From: Amoebophrya sp. A120
Taxonomy: Eukaryota > Protista > Dinoflagellata
DNA: 64,000 bases
Assembly (NCBI GenBank): GCA_905178155.1
Contig: CAJINV010000014.1
Span: 426,012-490,011 of the forward strand
Direction of reading: 5' to 3'
Part shown: one piece after another, positions 1-14,238 of the stretch
Position numbering within the stretch: the stretch's first letter is position 1
How the letters are laid out: each line of letters starts with the position of its first letter
Notes under the pieces: generated by a model
Seen by the model: the letters and a program-made list of their open reading frames with translations, nothing else
Told to the model about the DNA's origin: nothing
The model's database searches: none
Program-made: the position numbers and the translations under genes

Positions 1-1495
1 CCTGCGAGGACGAGGGATCAGCAGTTTGTTGCTGGTTTCCACCAGCACCAGAGATATTTGTATTGCGCCTCCGGCAGAAGAAGAATCTCGGCGGGGTGAT
101 CGCGTTCAGAAACGCATCCTTTCCGCTCACAGCATTACCTCCCTGCTGGTTTCCGGCAGCCCCCCCGGATCCATTCCAGGCCCGCACAAAAGTGAGCAGA
201 GGGTTGTTCGGAAACACGAGCGGGCGGCGCTTGTTGTGATTGTTATTTTCAGCATTCTGGAAAATGACAACAGGCGAACTCCTGCTGGTGCTGCGTCCAG
301 TTGCTTTATCTTGCTGTTGCAGAAAGGAGGTGCGGGTTCTACTAGAACGTCCCATGTTGTTCTTCATCATGTCCGCATGAAGATGATCATTGGACTGGCC
401 TTCAAGATGAACTACGCGTGCCTGGCCCGGATGTTCTTCCACCTCAACCTCTTCTCCCGTCGCGTCATCGAAGCACCGCTGCTCGTCACACAGCGCGGCC
501 ACGGCGGCATCGATGGTGACAAAACTGCGGCCGGAGGAAACCAGGATTGGCTGCTTGTCGCTACGCGACTGCTCCTCCCGTTGAATCTCGGCGAAAATCG
601 GGTCTTGCTGGACAAGCTCATTCAGCTGCTGTAGTTCCGCGTGGTTCTGCAGCGGAGGCCCCTGCGTACCGCCGTTGATAGTTGGCCCCGGAGGCTGTTA
701 TGCAATGCAAAAGCATCTTCGCTCTCGTACAGTAATTGCATTGTACTGCATGTTGATCATGAGGACTACTTAAAGCTACTACAACAACTTGGTTTCGTTT
801 ACTCCTAGACCTACGCTCTGAGTCAGCATTTTACAAGAAGCACCCTTTTTTCGTTTCTGAAAAGAATTATTGCCAATCTTGCCATGCAATTCCTACAAGT
901 AGTGCGATGCTTTAGCAGTGCGTAGAGGTGGTGCTTGAGACGCTTGCTCGAAAACCCCACACCCGTAGCAAACACCGACCGCGATTCCGGCCAGGAGCAC
1001 GACGCTTCCCAGAGAAATCGCCGCGATCAGAAGCCAGTTCGGGCGGGAAGCGGTTTTGCCGCTTTGCAGCTGTTGAGTGGCACGACCACGCGCATCTTGG
1101 TCTGTCTTCTTGTTGTTCAGGTTTTTCTTCTTGCCGTGGTAGTTTCCGTTTCCCACATCACCATCCTCATCTTCTCCAAACGGGAACGGCAACGGCTGTG
1201 GGTTGTGGTCATGTGACAAATTACCCTCGGTGTCGGAGGCGAAGCTCGGAGGCTGCTCCACGTCCACCGCGCGTTCCTCGCCGGCAGCCAGGATCATGTA
1301 AGACCCATGTCCAGACGAGTTGGTCATCATGGTGGTATCATGTCCACCAAAAGCGTGATGCTGAACATCGTCGTTCTTCCCGAGCATAAAATCGTCCTCG
1401 TGCTGCTCGAAAGCACCATTGTGCTTCCGAAAAGTAGTAGCGCCGCCGCCGGGGCGGGGGGCCATCGTGATCTTACTTTGATGTCCCGGCTGCAT
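1..1495 (-). CDS. Tandem membrane-protein gene, copy A (5' part only; continues off the window's left edge); exons 925-1495 and 1-693
   Basis: Near-identical to the 5' ends of copies B and C (ATG of MQPGHQSK, TM segment LLIAAISLGSVVLLAGIAVGVCYGCGVF). Removing introner 699-924 plus 5 nt fuses it in frame to ...TQGPPLQNHAELQQLNELVQQD. Confidence 0.75.
699..924. mobile_element. Introner (TIR intron) shared by all three paralogs
   Basis: Left end tatgcaatgcaaaagcatc, right end gatgctttagcagtgcgta; degenerate DR gctgt/gaggt; restores frame; ends resemble 53495-53642 and 61141-61292. Confidence 0.75.
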
Positions 1496-4117
1496 TTTGG
1501 TAGTTGTAGGAAAGTGGAAGCTCACCGTTTGCCGTTTGACGTTGTCCTGTCTCGGTCCGATTCCTTCTCCCCGTGAGATGTGTAATGCGCGATAGAAATA
1601 TTGCGGTCTTTTTTAGTGGTTAGAGCTTTTAAAGGAAATAATGTGAAGATTTTCGAGATATTTGTCCAAAACGATTTTAGAAATTGTCCAAAAAGTAAGA
1701 AAGGTGTTGTAAAATTCTTTTATTACTCAAAGAAAAAGGTTTTGTTTTCTCGTTCCTGTTTCCCCACGGTAGAAATTCCAAGGAAAATCGACCCGCGAGA
1801 TCTATTATTATTATTATCGAAGCCACAGGCAATAGCGAGATCTACTAGACTCGAACGTGCGAAGATAAGTACTGTCACCAGCGGAGCAAAGCCGGTAATA
1901 TTTTTGACTTGATTTTTAATATTCTTACAAGAAATAATTATCCATGTAGAGATTCTTTATACGTAGATTTTGTTGCGAAAAAACTTCTTAGAGAAGGTAA
2001 ACGTTGTTTTTGTTGTACTACGTACGTCTTGTTTTTGAGATAAACACTTGGCACAACTGCTTGTACCAATTCTGTAGAAGCGAAACTGGTGCTGGCAAGG
2101 ATTTTGTTGTGGATGCATAATTCAATTTGATGAAATGGTTTGCTTCATTGTTTTCTATGGTCGTCGACCTAGTGCAGCAGCTCATATTGATATTTCGTGT
2201 AGCTTCTAATAAGAATTGAGGAGAGTAGAACCTTGTTGCTGCGAGGAGGATAGGCGGAGCAGTGGAAGCCGCTCGAAGCCCCCTGAGGATTTTCATCACC
2301 GAAGAAGATCGGGTGGCACTTCTTCTAATTTCCAAATTTATCATCCAACTCTTGAAGAGATCCTTCACGACTTTTCACCGGATCCACGCATGGTCGAGAT
2401 GCATCGGATCATCATCTTCCAGATCTTATGCTGATCTCCGTATTAAGTAGTACGAGGGGCCCGGCGGCACAGTGTAGTACATGTTGACCTCCAGAGAACC
2501 GGCTGGCGGCGGTCCAAACAACCAAGTACGAGGACGCCGGCTCTTCTTCTATCTTAGTTCTGATCTGTTCTTTCTGATCGCGAGCGAGCTGACAAAGTCG
2601 GATGATCCTCGAGCTCGACACGTCAAGCTTCGTCAGGTAAGTAGACATCGGATCGCGAAAGATCGTCCCGGCTGTGTCGTGAAGCTTCACAATGAGGATA
2701 AAAATTGAAACTGTACTCAAATTATACGTTGTAATAGTAATGCGCTCTAGTTCGTCTCCATGATCTGTGGTGCATTGGCATAGAAGCTGCATGCAGGTGA
2801 GTAATAGGAGGATCTCGATGTTGCTCTACTTACTCCTTTTCGAAGCCGTGAACGTCGCTGGGTGTTTCGTTGCAACTGAGACAGTGTCTGTTTTCGGCGT
2901 TCGCTGAATCTGATGATCGTTAAGTTTCTCTTATCACCTTCGTCTTTTTCATTTTCTTTTGGAGCAGCCCTCTTGAGAGAAAAAAGAAATCTACTTACAC
3001 TTCGAGAGAAACAATTCTGTACTGTCAAAATGCACGACTGGCGACTCGTCTTGTACAACAGGATGCATCTTTTGTTCGGAATGACCTGCCTTGGTGTCGC
3101 TAGCAGCAATGGCGAGTGCGATTCTACATCTCCTGGTCACTCTCAGTGAGGGTTGCGGTACTTACTATTTCTAAATTCGAACAGTGGCCCACAACCAATT
3201 TCAAGTAGTTGCGAAAATAGGTACTTAGCACTGTAGCGTACATGCAGCACCTCCTGTAATCGAACAAGAAATTTCTAACTATCACTGCTCGCGCTTTTGC
3301 TTTTCGTTTTCGAGGTCGAACTAAAGTAGGGCTTGGACGTTGTTCTTCTATCTTGATACAACAAATATAAAATAATAACATTATTCACGGTAGGGCTGAA
3401 AAAGAAAAACGCGAAAGTTGTACAGCTTATGTTTAGTTAGGAGAAGGTGATGTCTCGCCAAGGCCTAAATATCTGGCGGAAGTAGAGGTGAAGAGATAAA
3501 AAATACACGACACAATCACAAGAATCTGCTCCATTGATGTACTAGGCTCATCACTTCACGACGGTCCTTCGCCTTTATCTTCCTTTCTTACAAAAAGTTC
3601 CACAAGCTTCACTAGTTCTTGTGCTTTAATACGAGTTATGTTTACAACAGAAGTAGATGTCCGCATACTAGTTGGACCAAATAAAACAAAGTTCGATCGA
3701 GACCGATAAAAGTTCTGCCGGCGATCTCTTCATGTTAGCACCCATAATTCTGCACCAACGATGGATAGTTGTGCCAACATTCTAGAACTGATGATATTGG
3801 TACTACTAACACAAACACGGTGCATCAAGAAATAACTAACACTCGATATTTGCGTCCATTATCCACTGTGTCAAAACTATAGGAAAAACCAGATCAAAAC
3901 TAAACCCATTGAACCTCCTCAAGGGTCAGCGCGCGTCCTCCTGTCCAGCCGCCCAAGAACTTCTTTGGACGTGGTCGTTGAAAAGCTTCAAGAGCAGTTG
4001 TGCCGACTTGTAGTTATCATCATATTTTTAGTTGTCGTCCTTTGCCATTCTTGGGGTTTTTGCGCATAGAAAAAACTTTGTGCGACTGCTAGTTCCGCAG
4101 GGGTAAAAATATCAACC

Positions 4118-7100
4118 TTAGATCCCCGCAAGCGCGGTATCCTGACTGGCGTTATTTCCATCTGCGTCACTAGCAGGAGCATCTGTCCTCCCACCTCCTT
4201 GAGGTCGTGGGGCTGCATCGTCCCCGGGAGCAGCGGAAGGCAAGACGTCCCGCGACTGCTCCTGGTCCACATCCGCCACAACAGCGCCAGTTCCAGCCGG
4301 ATCGCTCTGCTGGTCGGCGCTCACTTCTGCGGTCGGAAAAACAGTGGTCGTGCGCTGTTCCTCAGCCACTTCCGCTTGAGCCGCAGAGGAAGAGGGCTCT
4401 GGTGTTACGGGTGCTGCCCGCTCCTGCGTTAAGTATTGTGCGAAGGCGCGTGCGGCGCGTGCTGGCTGTGCGACCCAGCTGAGCGGACCAGATTTGGCAG
4501 CCGCCTTTGAGCGCAGACCGAGGAATTGTTGTTCATCTCCTCTATCTGGAGAGATTCGCCCCCGCGGTGCGTCAGCCTCAGACGTAGTAGGTGCTTCAAC
4601 TACATTTTCTTCCTCGAGAGCATCCTCACGAACTTCCTGCGCTGGAGCGGGCGGTGCTGCCGGAGCAATCTGCTCTCCGGACTGGTCATCAGCACGCGGA
4701 GCACGGGCAGCTCCAGGTCCAGCATCAGCTGCCGGACTTGTGATATTACCTTCTTCTTGCGATGAGCAGGTTCTTGGGTCCGATGATGCAGCACCATTCT
4801 GGCCGCTGTCGTCCGGGGTCGGAACTGCAGCACGAGCACTCTGCTCGCCCACAGCAGCCGCTTCCTGTGCCGCATTTTCTTGGCCAGCCGCACTCGAGGC
4901 TTGCGGCAAAGGGGGTCGCGGGTCCCGGGCCAGCTGGTCGTGGTCCTCCTGCGGTGCAGGATGAAAGTGTTCTATTTCATCCGCGGCCTCTTCTTCCTGC
5001 GCCGTGGCCGGTACAAGAAAAGAAGATGCTGGTGCCGCTCCTGCTTCTTCTATCGGTGTAGCTGCGGCATAGGAGGCCGCATCACCATCAAGAGGGCCTT
5101 GTCCTCCGTCGTGCACCGTTGCGCGGCTTTCGTGTTCTTCGTCGCGCTGCACCAGCGTGGTGGAGGCGGGACGACCAGAGCCAGAGGACAAAGGGTCCCC
5201 GAATGATCCTAGTACCGCATGATCAACTTCTTCAACTACAACGGGAGTCGCAATCAGTGCGTCAACTCCCTGTTCGTCTACAGCAGCGCGCTGAAGATGC
5301 TCCTGCGCAACATATTCTTCTTCACCAGCCTGCTCGGAAAGGGCTGGAACAACGCCTACGGCAGCGGACGCGTCGGCCGCTGCATCATGAGCTTCCTCGA
5401 GTTCTTCGTGAGGCTGAGGAGCAGGAGGAAGTCCTCCACCATCGCCATCCTCGGCAGCTGCAGTGGCTGTCTCGGGCAGCTCCGGAGGTTGAACACCAAC
5501 ATCCTCTGGCGCCACTACCGAGTCACCACTTTCAACCCGCAAAGACAAGCTTGTTTCCGGGGTCGCGTCACGGTGCTCCAGAATTGGACCAGCTCCACTC
5601 CGCGGCCCGATTCCTCCTTGCGGGTAGGTCGCCCCGGGAGCCCGTTGCGTCGTCTCCGGCACGTCGTCCCGTCTCCGGTTTTCTGGGCGGTTATGTTCCT
5701 TCGTTTCGGACACGATCAGGCCCCAGTAGTCGTAGTAATCCGCAGCAGGCTTGGGCCGCACGATCGCTTCGTATCCTGTGCAAAAATTCATCGCATAAAG
5801 TCGCACTCGGACGAGCAGCTGCCGACGTATGTTCTTCAATATTGTTTCACAGCGTAGTTGTGCAGCACGGAGTAGATGCAGTTATTTCATAGCAACTCGT
5901 TTTTCTTTCAGCCCGTAGCCACAGCATGACACGTTCACCTTTGATTCTGTTGTGCAAAACTTTTTGATTTGCGAAAATTCAAAATTTGTGTATACATAAG
6001 TACATCGTGCAACCCGCCTTAGTGCGATCTTCACACGACAAGAAGTCTTGCACTGCATACGGCTCTAGCGCTGGTGACGGAAGAGTGGTCATGCTGCATT
6101 TCCCTCCACGCCACGTCAAATTTGAGGTTGCGTTGCAGCCGGGAAGCAGAAGCCGGTCGCGCCGCCGCCGGGGCCGGTAGCGTAACTGTTCGACGGTCCA
6201 ATCGTGGTGTGGAACAAAAAAATATCATCGCAGTCACATTTGGATTTGCAAATTATTTTGCATGACGATAATATGGATAAAATTGATGCTCGAAATAATA
6301 ATGAACAATGCTCGTACAACTTGTGTTGCACAGACAACATCACGAAAGAACTCACGTGCGTATGCAGTTTGACCGTGATCATTCATTCTATCGCGACACC
6401 AATGAAGCCAGCTTCTTTCGCAATCTAATCTGCAAAAAAAACGGACAAGTGCTTCGTGTGAAGATGTTTTTTTTCTTAATATCAACGGTTGGACCAGATG
6501 ACGCGTCGGCCAGTGTGTGTTCTCCCACGACTTCGTGGAGGGTCAGATCCACGCCCAAACCGAGCGCAGCCGCCACCCACAGCTCCGTGGGCTCGAGGAA
6601 GCCACCGGGCTCCAAGACTCTTCTGTGCTCGTCGTCCTCGGTAGTGCGCGGAATGTTGTTGCCTGATAGGGATAGATTTCCTACTGCGTCCCGTGGCTGA
6701 AAGTGGTCCAGGGAGTCGGCCACAGAGATGTAGCAGAGGTACGCGAGCTGCATGCTCGTCAAAAGTTGCTGGTTTGCTTGCTTCTCTCTATCAGTCCAAT
6801 CTCTTCGTCTTCGTTCTTCAAGAACTTCGGTGTGAGGCGGTGCAAAAACTTGGCACCACCTCACACCCTGGGCTTTCCCTCTTGTGCGCGTGGCCTCAAA
6901 GTTCGGGTCAGCAAAAACGCCCCTCGCTCCTCTCCGGTATCAAGTGCAAAAGTGTCTGGGTCTGGAAGATTGCAACTTGTCATGCTGTTTTTGGACGCTA
7001 AAAAAATTGCATTGCATGACCAGCAAGAGGGGTGCAGTTTGTGCCTCACGGACAGGGCATTTCTCATGCCGAAGGTGTATCAGGAAGGGTTCTAAAAACC

Positions 7101-10100
7101 TGTGATGGTAGGGCATACATCACAGACAATCAGGGGTCATGAGAAATGTGCATGACAAATCTTGCATTCTTCCAGACCCGGACATATTTGCAGTTCATAT
7201 CCGGCGCCGACCTGCAACTCGGACGTACGGATTGGCGCGCTCAACCACCATGTCGAACATACTCACAGTGTTCCTTCCTAGAATCATTCGGCCATTCAGA
7301 GGCATGATGTTTCTGCCGCTCCAAAAGAGATGGCTTGCGGTGTTGTCCCGCTGGCCCGAGAAAGCATCCATGAGAATCTCCGCCAGGTGGTGCGCGAGCA
7401 TTAATCGAAATTCACCTATGTTTAGTATTCCTGCCAAGAGGCCCACGGGATAGGATAGCGAGCGGTCTCTGTTTCTTAAATGCGGGGCGCACCACTCGGC
7501 GTGCGCGCCAGCTTCGGTGCACTGTCGCTTCAAGGCGATCAGGCCCCCATCACCCGATCCGGTCGGGGCTGCGCGTTGTAGTTGGTAGTTTATCACTGGA
7601 ACGGCCACCTCGCCCTCGACCGCGGAGGAGGCGTCAGACTGTTGGCCGCCCGGAGTGGCGCCCGAGGTCTGCGTGTGCTGCGATTCCTCCGCCCTCGCTG
7701 CAGCCCACCGCTGTCGCCGCTGCGCCGGCCAGTTTAGTTCCTTGTTTCCCGGCACACTCAAGCCTCGGTAGTCGAAGAAGTCGTAATTAGACCGAACGTC
7801 GGAGGAAGTCGCGCCGGCCGCCTCCAGCCTAGTAAAGTTCTTACAGGCCACCTCAAGGAGAATGTTGGCCTCCAGATCTTCTACTTCCCGGGCCGACTGT
7901 GCTGGGAATCGGGCGGAGGAGGAGGAGGAGGAGGACGAAACACGAGGCGCGGTTACTAGTACAGGAGTCGTAAGTGGCACCGGCGGAGGCCCCGGCAAAT
8001 GATGAAGCTTGAGGCGTGCGCGGTTGGTTTCCGTTGCTGCAACCCAGGGAGCAGTTTGAGGGTCCGCATCCGCGTCGGTGTCCGAATAGAGGTTCAAGTC
8101 CACCCCCAGTACCAGCGCGGCGGCGACCCACAGCTCGGCTGGATCCAGATAGCCTCCCGGCGCAACGAAGTCGTACTCCGCCACCTCCGAGGTGCGGGGG
8201 AGCTTCTGCCACGACTGCAATTGGGCATGTGCGTGCTCGAGTGGGATGTTGTTCGGGTCCGCCTTTCGGAGTTCGTCGGGCACCGAAATGTAGCAGAGGT
8301 ACGCAAGCTGTGCCGCTGAGAGCTGGCGGTCGGCTTTGATTTCCCATTCGCTCCAATACCGCTCTTTCATCTGCGCCTCTGTCTTCGGGCCCGTAAATGG
8401 TTTGGGGCTACGGTCTTGGCACCAGAACAATTGCCAGTCGGTCCTACCCCTTGCGAGCGTCGCCGCGTATTGCGGATCTCGTCCTCCCATGAGGCCTGCA
8501 TTCGAGGCCGCGCGTCGGTGAACCGCGACAAACATGCTGATAGGAGGTGCCTCCTCCACGAGGGGGCCAGAAGGCAGACGAGAATCTCCCCCGTTTACAC
8601 TAGTTACTAAACCCCGCTCCGACCAGAGCACTCGGCTCTTTGCAGCGGCGGGAAATAGACTATCTTCGTCGGTGGACTCCTCCCTAGAGAGCAAAATCTG
8701 TGCCAGTTGGTCGGCCAAGTGTCGGCGGAACCACTTTGTGTTCTGGACAATCGCGAGCGCCTGAATTTGCGTCCCCGCCCCGTCGGCGTAGCTCCTTTCT
8801 TCCGCAAGCAATCTTTGCACATGACTTTGACACAGATTCATGTGGTCCCCGGTCAGACACTGTTGCTGCAGGGCAATGAGGGCATTGTCCGCAGACCCGG
8901 TCGCAGCGCTGCTCTGGAACACAGCCGGCACGGCTGGCTGTTGCTGCTGCTGCTGGCTGCTCTGGCCCGCGCCAGTTGCCGCTGACGACGCTCCTGCACC
9001 GGAAGGCCCATTTGCGCCCTGAGACCCGCTGCTCGCCAGACCCGCACCGGACGTCCCCGAACCGCTTGCCATGCCTGTGCCTGAGGATCCTCCGCTCGCC
9101 CCGCCTGCACCGCCTGCGCCAGCACCGCTTGCGCCTGAGGATCCTCCGCTCGCCCCGCCTGCACCAGCACCGCTTGCGCCTGAGGATCCTCCGCTCGCCC
9201 CGCCTGCACCGCCTGCGCCAGAACCGCTTGCGCCTGAGGATCCTCCGCTCGCCCCGTCTGCACCGCTTGCGCCAGCACCGCTTGCGCCTGAGGATCCTCC
9301 GCTCGCCCCGCCTGCGCCAGAGGAGCCAGCACCGCCTGCGCCTGAGGATCCGCCGCTCGCTCCACCTGCGCCAGAGGAGCCAGCACCGCCTGCGCCGGAG
9401 GATCCGCCGCTCGACCCGCCTGCGCCAGACGAGCCAGCACCGCCTGCGCCGGAGGATCCGCCGCTCGCGCCGCCTGCGCCAGACGAGCCAGCACCGCCTG
9501 CTCCGGCCGCCCCGCCGGCCTGGCCTTGGTTGCTCTGTCCATCTTGGCCTTGCTGATTGTTCTGTCCGCCCTGGCCTTGGCTGTTCTGTCCTTGGTTGCT
9601 CTGTCCTTGGTTGCTCTGTCCACCTTGCTGATCTTGGTTCCCGGCATGTCCTTGGTTGCTCTGTCCTTGGTTGCTCTGTCCTTGGTTGCTGTGTCCTTGG
9701 TTGCTCTGTCCACCTTGCTGACCACCTTGGTTTCCAGCACCGCCTTGTTGACCGCCAGATTGTGCTCCGCCTACTTGCTGACCTTGGTTAGGACCCGAAC
9801 CGCCTTGGTGACCGCCTGGAGGCATGCCGGCGGCTCCCGGTAGTTGCTGGCTCGAACCGCCGCCGCCTTGCAGAACCTGGTGCGGCGGGAGTCCCCCTCC
9901 AGGCTGCTGCGGCGGCAGTCCACCGTTCGAACCCGGAGGATGCGGGAGCACCGCCACGTCCGGCACCTCCGGTAGGTTGTGCAGCTTTCGCCACCCGTCC
10001 ATCAGTTTCTTGAGCAACAAGTTTTTGAACAGCTTCATTCCGCCGCCAGGATGATGTTGATTCCCTGGAAGGAGCGCCGCGGCACCGGCTGCTACGTAGT

Positions 10101-11679
10101 GCTCCGGCGATTCATAAGCGATGCCGTCCCTGCCTACAGCTGGGTATTTACATAGCTGCTGTTGCTCCTGCGAGGACGAGGGATCCACAGTTTGATGCTG
10201 GTTTCCACCAGAACCACTATTGCGCCTCCGGCAGAAGAAGAATCTCGGCGGGGTGGTCGCGTTCAGAAACGCATCCTTTCCGCTCACAGCATTACCTCCC
10301 TGCTGGTGTTGATTAGCAACACTACTTCCCGCTGCTCCGGATCCATTCCAGGCCCGCACAAAAGCTAACAGTGGGTTGTTCGGAAACACGAGCGGGCGGC
10401 GCTTGTTGTGATTGTTATTTTCAGCATTCTGGTGAATGACAACAGGAGAACTTCTGCTGGTGTCGCGTCCAGTTGCTTTATCTTGCTGCTGCAGAAAGGA
10501 AGTGGTTCTACTAGAACTTCCCATGTTCTTGTTCATCATCTCCGCATGAAGATGATCATTGGACTGGCCATGAAGATGAACTACGCGCGCCTGGCCCGGA
10601 TGTTCTTCCACCTCAACCTCTTCTCCCGTCGCGTCATCGAAGCACCGCTGCTCGTCACACAGCGCGGCCACGGCGGCATCGATGTCGACAAAACTGCGGC
10701 CGGAGGAGACCAGAATTGGCTGCTTGTCGCTACGCGACTGCTCCCCCCGTTGAATCTCGGCGAAAATCGGGTCTTGCTGGACAAGCTCATTCAACTGCTG
10801 TAGTTCCGCGTGGTTCTGCAGCGGGGGCCCCTGCGTACCGCCGTTGATAGTTGGCCCCGGAGGCTGTTATGCAATGCAAAAGCATCTTGGCTCTCGTACA
10901 GTAATTGCATTGTACTGCATATTGATCATGAGGACTACTTAAAGCTAGTACAACAACGTGGTTTCGTTTACTCCTAGACCTACGCTCTGAGTCAGCATTT
11001 TACAAGAAGCACCCTTTTTCCGTGTCTGAAAAGAATTATCCCCAATGTTGTCATGCAATTCCTACAACGTAGTACGATGCTTTATTGCAGTGCATAGAGG
11101 TGGTCCTTGACCCGCTTGCTCGAAAACCCCACACCCGTAGCAAACGCCGACCGCGATTCCGGCCAGGAGCACGACGCTTCCCAGAGAAATCGCCGCGATC
11201 AGAAGCCAGTTTGGGCGGGAAGCGGTTTTTCCGCCTTGCAGCTGAGTGGCTGCACGACCACGCGCATCTTGTTCTGTCTTCTTGTTGTACTGGTTTTTCT
11301 GCTTGCCGTGGTAGTTTCCGTTTCCCCCATCCCCATCCTCCTCTTCCCCGAACGGGAACGGCAACGGCTTTGGGTTGTGGTCATGTGACAAATTACCCTC
11401 GGTGCTGTCGGAGGCGAAACTCGGAGGCTGCTCCACGTCCACCGCGCGTTCCTCGCCGGCAGCCAGAATCATGTAAGACCCATGTCCAGACGATTTGGTC
11501 ATCATGGTGGTATCATGTCCACCAAAAGCGTGATGCTGAACACGAACACGAACACCGTCGTTCTTCCGGAGCATAAAATCGTCCTCGTGCTCGAAAGCAC
11601 CATCGCGCTTCCGAAAAGTAGTAGCGCCGCCGCCGGGGCGGGGGGCCATCGTGATCTTACTTTGATGTCCCGGCTGCAT
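4118..11679 (-). CDS. Tandem membrane-protein gene, copy B: N-terminal TM anchor, G/Q/S repeats, two copies of an uncharacterised ~350-aa domain, acidic Ala/Pro-rich tail; exons ~11097-11679, 7200-10862, 6482-6932, 6060-6202, 4118-5766
   Basis: ORFs 11062-11709, 7195-10794, 6388-6864, 6031-6237 and 4118-5839 join in frame when four introners (+5 nt each) are removed: GPPPPGPTING, GRRRRGARGVFADPNF, GPTVELDRRTVTLP, SARAAIVRPKP. Motifs YLCYISV.D, GG(Y/F)L(D/E)P.ELWVAAAL.LGVDL.L and DY(R/W)GL occur twice. Confidence 0.75.
5772..6059. mobile_element. Introner, degenerate DR (copy B specific)
   Basis: tatcctgtgcaaaa ... tcttgcactgcata; removal +5 nt gives in-frame RA-AIVRP; paralog C is uninterrupted here. 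Confidence 0.6.
6208..6481. mobile_element. Highly degenerate introner (copy B specific)
   Basis: Left tgtggaacaaaaaaatatcatcgca vs reverse complement of right tattaagaaaaaaaacatcttcaca (17/25 match); removal +5 nt gives in-frame PTVELDRR. Confidence 0.45.
6938..7199. mobile_element. Introner with perfect 5-bp DR tccgg
   Basis: TIR tatcaagtgcaaaagtgtctgggtctggaagattgcaa / ttgcattcttccagacccggacatatttgcagttcata; DR at 6933-6937 and 7200-7204; same family as 52199-52453. Confidence 0.9.
9080..9720. repeat. Coding tandem repeats in copy B: ~48-57-bp GGSSGAGGAGSSGAGGAS-type units and 15-bp GQSNQ units
   Basis: Repeated gcctgaggatcctccgctcgccccgcctgc and ttgctctgtccttgg. Confidence 0.9.
10868..11096. 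mobile_element. Introner shared by all three paralogs
   Basis: tatgcaatgcaaaagcatc ... gatgctttattgcagtgcata; DR gctgt/gaggt; joins the TM exon in frame to ORF 7195-10794. Confidence 0.8.
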
Positions 11680-14238
11680 TTTGGTAGTTGTAGGAAAGTG
11701 GACGCTCACCGTTTGGCGTTTGACGGTGTCCTGTCTCGGTCCGATTCCCTCTCCCCGTGAGATGTGTGATGCGCGATAGAAATATTGCGGTCTTTTTTAG
11801 TGGTTAGAGATTTTCAAGGAAATAATGTGAAGATTTTCGAGATATTTGTCCAAAACGATTTCAGAAATTGTCCAAAAAGTAAAAGGTAAAATTCTTTATT
11901 CCTCAGGTCTTGTAAAATTCTTTATTACTCAAAGAAAAAGGTTTTGTTTTCTCGTTCCTGTTTCCCCACGGTAGAAATTCCAAGGAAAATCGATCCGCGA
12001 GATCTACTAGACTCGAACGTGCGATAAGTACTGCCACCAGCGGAGCAAAGCCGGTAATATTTTTGACTTGATTTTTATTCTTAATACGAGAAATAATTAT
12101 CCATGTAGAGATTTTTTTGTGGCGAAACAACTTCTTGTTAGAGAAGGTTGTTTTTGTACTCCGTACTTCTTGTTTTTGCGATAAACACTTGGCACAACTA
12201 CTTGTAGCAATTCTGTCACAAGTGAAACTGGTGCTGTCAAGGATTTTATTGTGCATGTATAATTCAATTTCGATGAAATGGCTTGCTTCATTGTTCTCAA
12301 TGATCGTCGACCTAGTGCAGCAGCTCATCTTTCGGGTAGATTCTGAAAAGAATTAAAGAGAATAAGTAGAACCTTGTTGCTGCGAGGAGGATAGGCGGAG
12401 CAGTGGAAGCCGCTCGAGGCCCCTTGAGGATTTTTTTCATCATCAAAGAAGATCGGGTGGCGCTTCTAATTGCAAATTATCATCCAACTCTTAAAGAGAT
12501 CCTTCACGACTTTTCACCGGATCCACACATGCTCGTCGTCGTGCATCGGATCATCATCTTCCAGATCTTATGCTGATCTCCGTAAAAATACGGCACAGTG
12601 TAGTGCTACATGTTGACCTGCTCCACAGAACCGGCTGGTGGCGGTCGGATGTATCTGCTTCAAGCAACCGTCGTACGAGGACCTCGGCTCTTCTTCTTAG
12701 TTCTGATCTGTTCTTTTCGATCGCGAGCGAGCTGACGTCGAAGTCTGATGATCCTTGAGTTCGACGCATCAAGCTTCGTCGGGTAAGAAATCGGATCGCA
12801 AAAGATCGTGCCGGTTGTGTCGTGGATCTTCACCATGAGGATAAAACTATACCGTCAAATACTTTGTGTTTGCAGTTCGATCTAGTTGATGGTCTTCATG
12901 ATCTGTGGTGGATTGTCACACATAAGAGCTGCATGCGGGTGTGTGATAGGGGGATCTCGACTCTCTGCTTACTCCTTTTCGGAGCCGTGAATTTCGGTGG
13001 GCGTTTCGTTGCAACTGAGACAGTCTCGGTTTTCGGCTTATTTCGCTGGATCTGATCGTTAAGTTTCTGTCATCACCTTCGTCTTTTTTTTTTGAGCAGT
13101 CCTCTTGAGAGGAAAAAAAGCTCCACTTGCACTTCGAGAGAAGCGATTCTGTACTGTCAAAATGCACGACTGGTGACTCATGTCTTATACAAGATGCATC
13201 TTTTGTTCGAAATAACCTGCCTTGGCCTCGCTGTCGCTAGCAGCAATGGCGAATGCGATTCTACATCTGGTCACTCTCAGTGAGGGTTGCGGTACTTACT
13301 ATTTCTAAATTCGAACGGTGGTTCACAACCAATTTCAAGTAGTCACAAAACAAGTATGCATTTTTTCGTTTTAGCATTGTGTTGCTGCCTCCCATAAGTC
13401 TAAGTGGGAATTTCTAAGTATCACTACTGGTGCTGGTGCTTTTCTTGCGAATAATGAAAATTATACACGTAGGGCTTAGAGGTTGTTCTTCTTGATACAC
13501 CAAATGAAAATTGTCCACGGTATTTCTGAGAGAAGCGAAAGTTGTACAGCTTATGTTCAGTTGGGACAAGATGATGTCTCGCCAATTTTAAAATTTCTGG
13601 CGGAGGTCGAAGTAGTGTAGTTGAGGTATAGAAAATGCCCTTACACAACACAATCACAAGAATCTGTGCCACGTTCGCAGCCTCATCACGGTCCTTATCC
13701 TTCAGTCATTTTCCTCGTATTCCTCTGTACGAGAATTTGTACAGTCTTCACTAGTTCTTGTGTTTTACGAGTTATGTTTACAACATGTTGTCCGCATACT
13801 ATTTGGACCAGAAACAAACTTCAATGGAGCCCTTTAAAAGGGCTGGCAGTGATCTCTTCATGTTAGGGCCTATGTATAATTGTGCGAACATGCCACACAT
13901 ATTACTAATTATTATTTGTAAAAAGTACTTGTATCAAGAAATAAGTAACTGTTCGATATTTGCGTCCATTATGCACTGCGTCAAAAATATACAGGAAAAA
14001 CCAGATCAAGACTAAACCCATTGAACCTCCTCGGGGGTCAGCGCGCGCCCTCCTGTCCAGCCGCCGAAGAACTTCTTTGGACGCGATTCATGAAAAGCTT
14101 CAAGAGTAGTTGTGCCGACTTGTTGTCGTTGTATTAGTCGTCCTTTGCCATTGCCGCCTTTGCGTATAAAGGAATCATTGTGCTAGTTCCGGAGAGGTAA
14201 TATCAACTTCAACCTGAGATCCCCGCAAACGCGGCGTC

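Noticed and set aside
26-634. Plus-strand 202-aa ORF and equivalents at 10408 and 20424
   Set aside because: Antisense to the main exon and interrupted by a stop in copy B.
1530-3200. Conserved upstream block as a separate gene (ORFs 2018-2368, 22359-22760)
   Set aside because: The three copies differ by frame-breaking indels; conservation is explained by recent duplication. Small upstream exons cannot be excluded.
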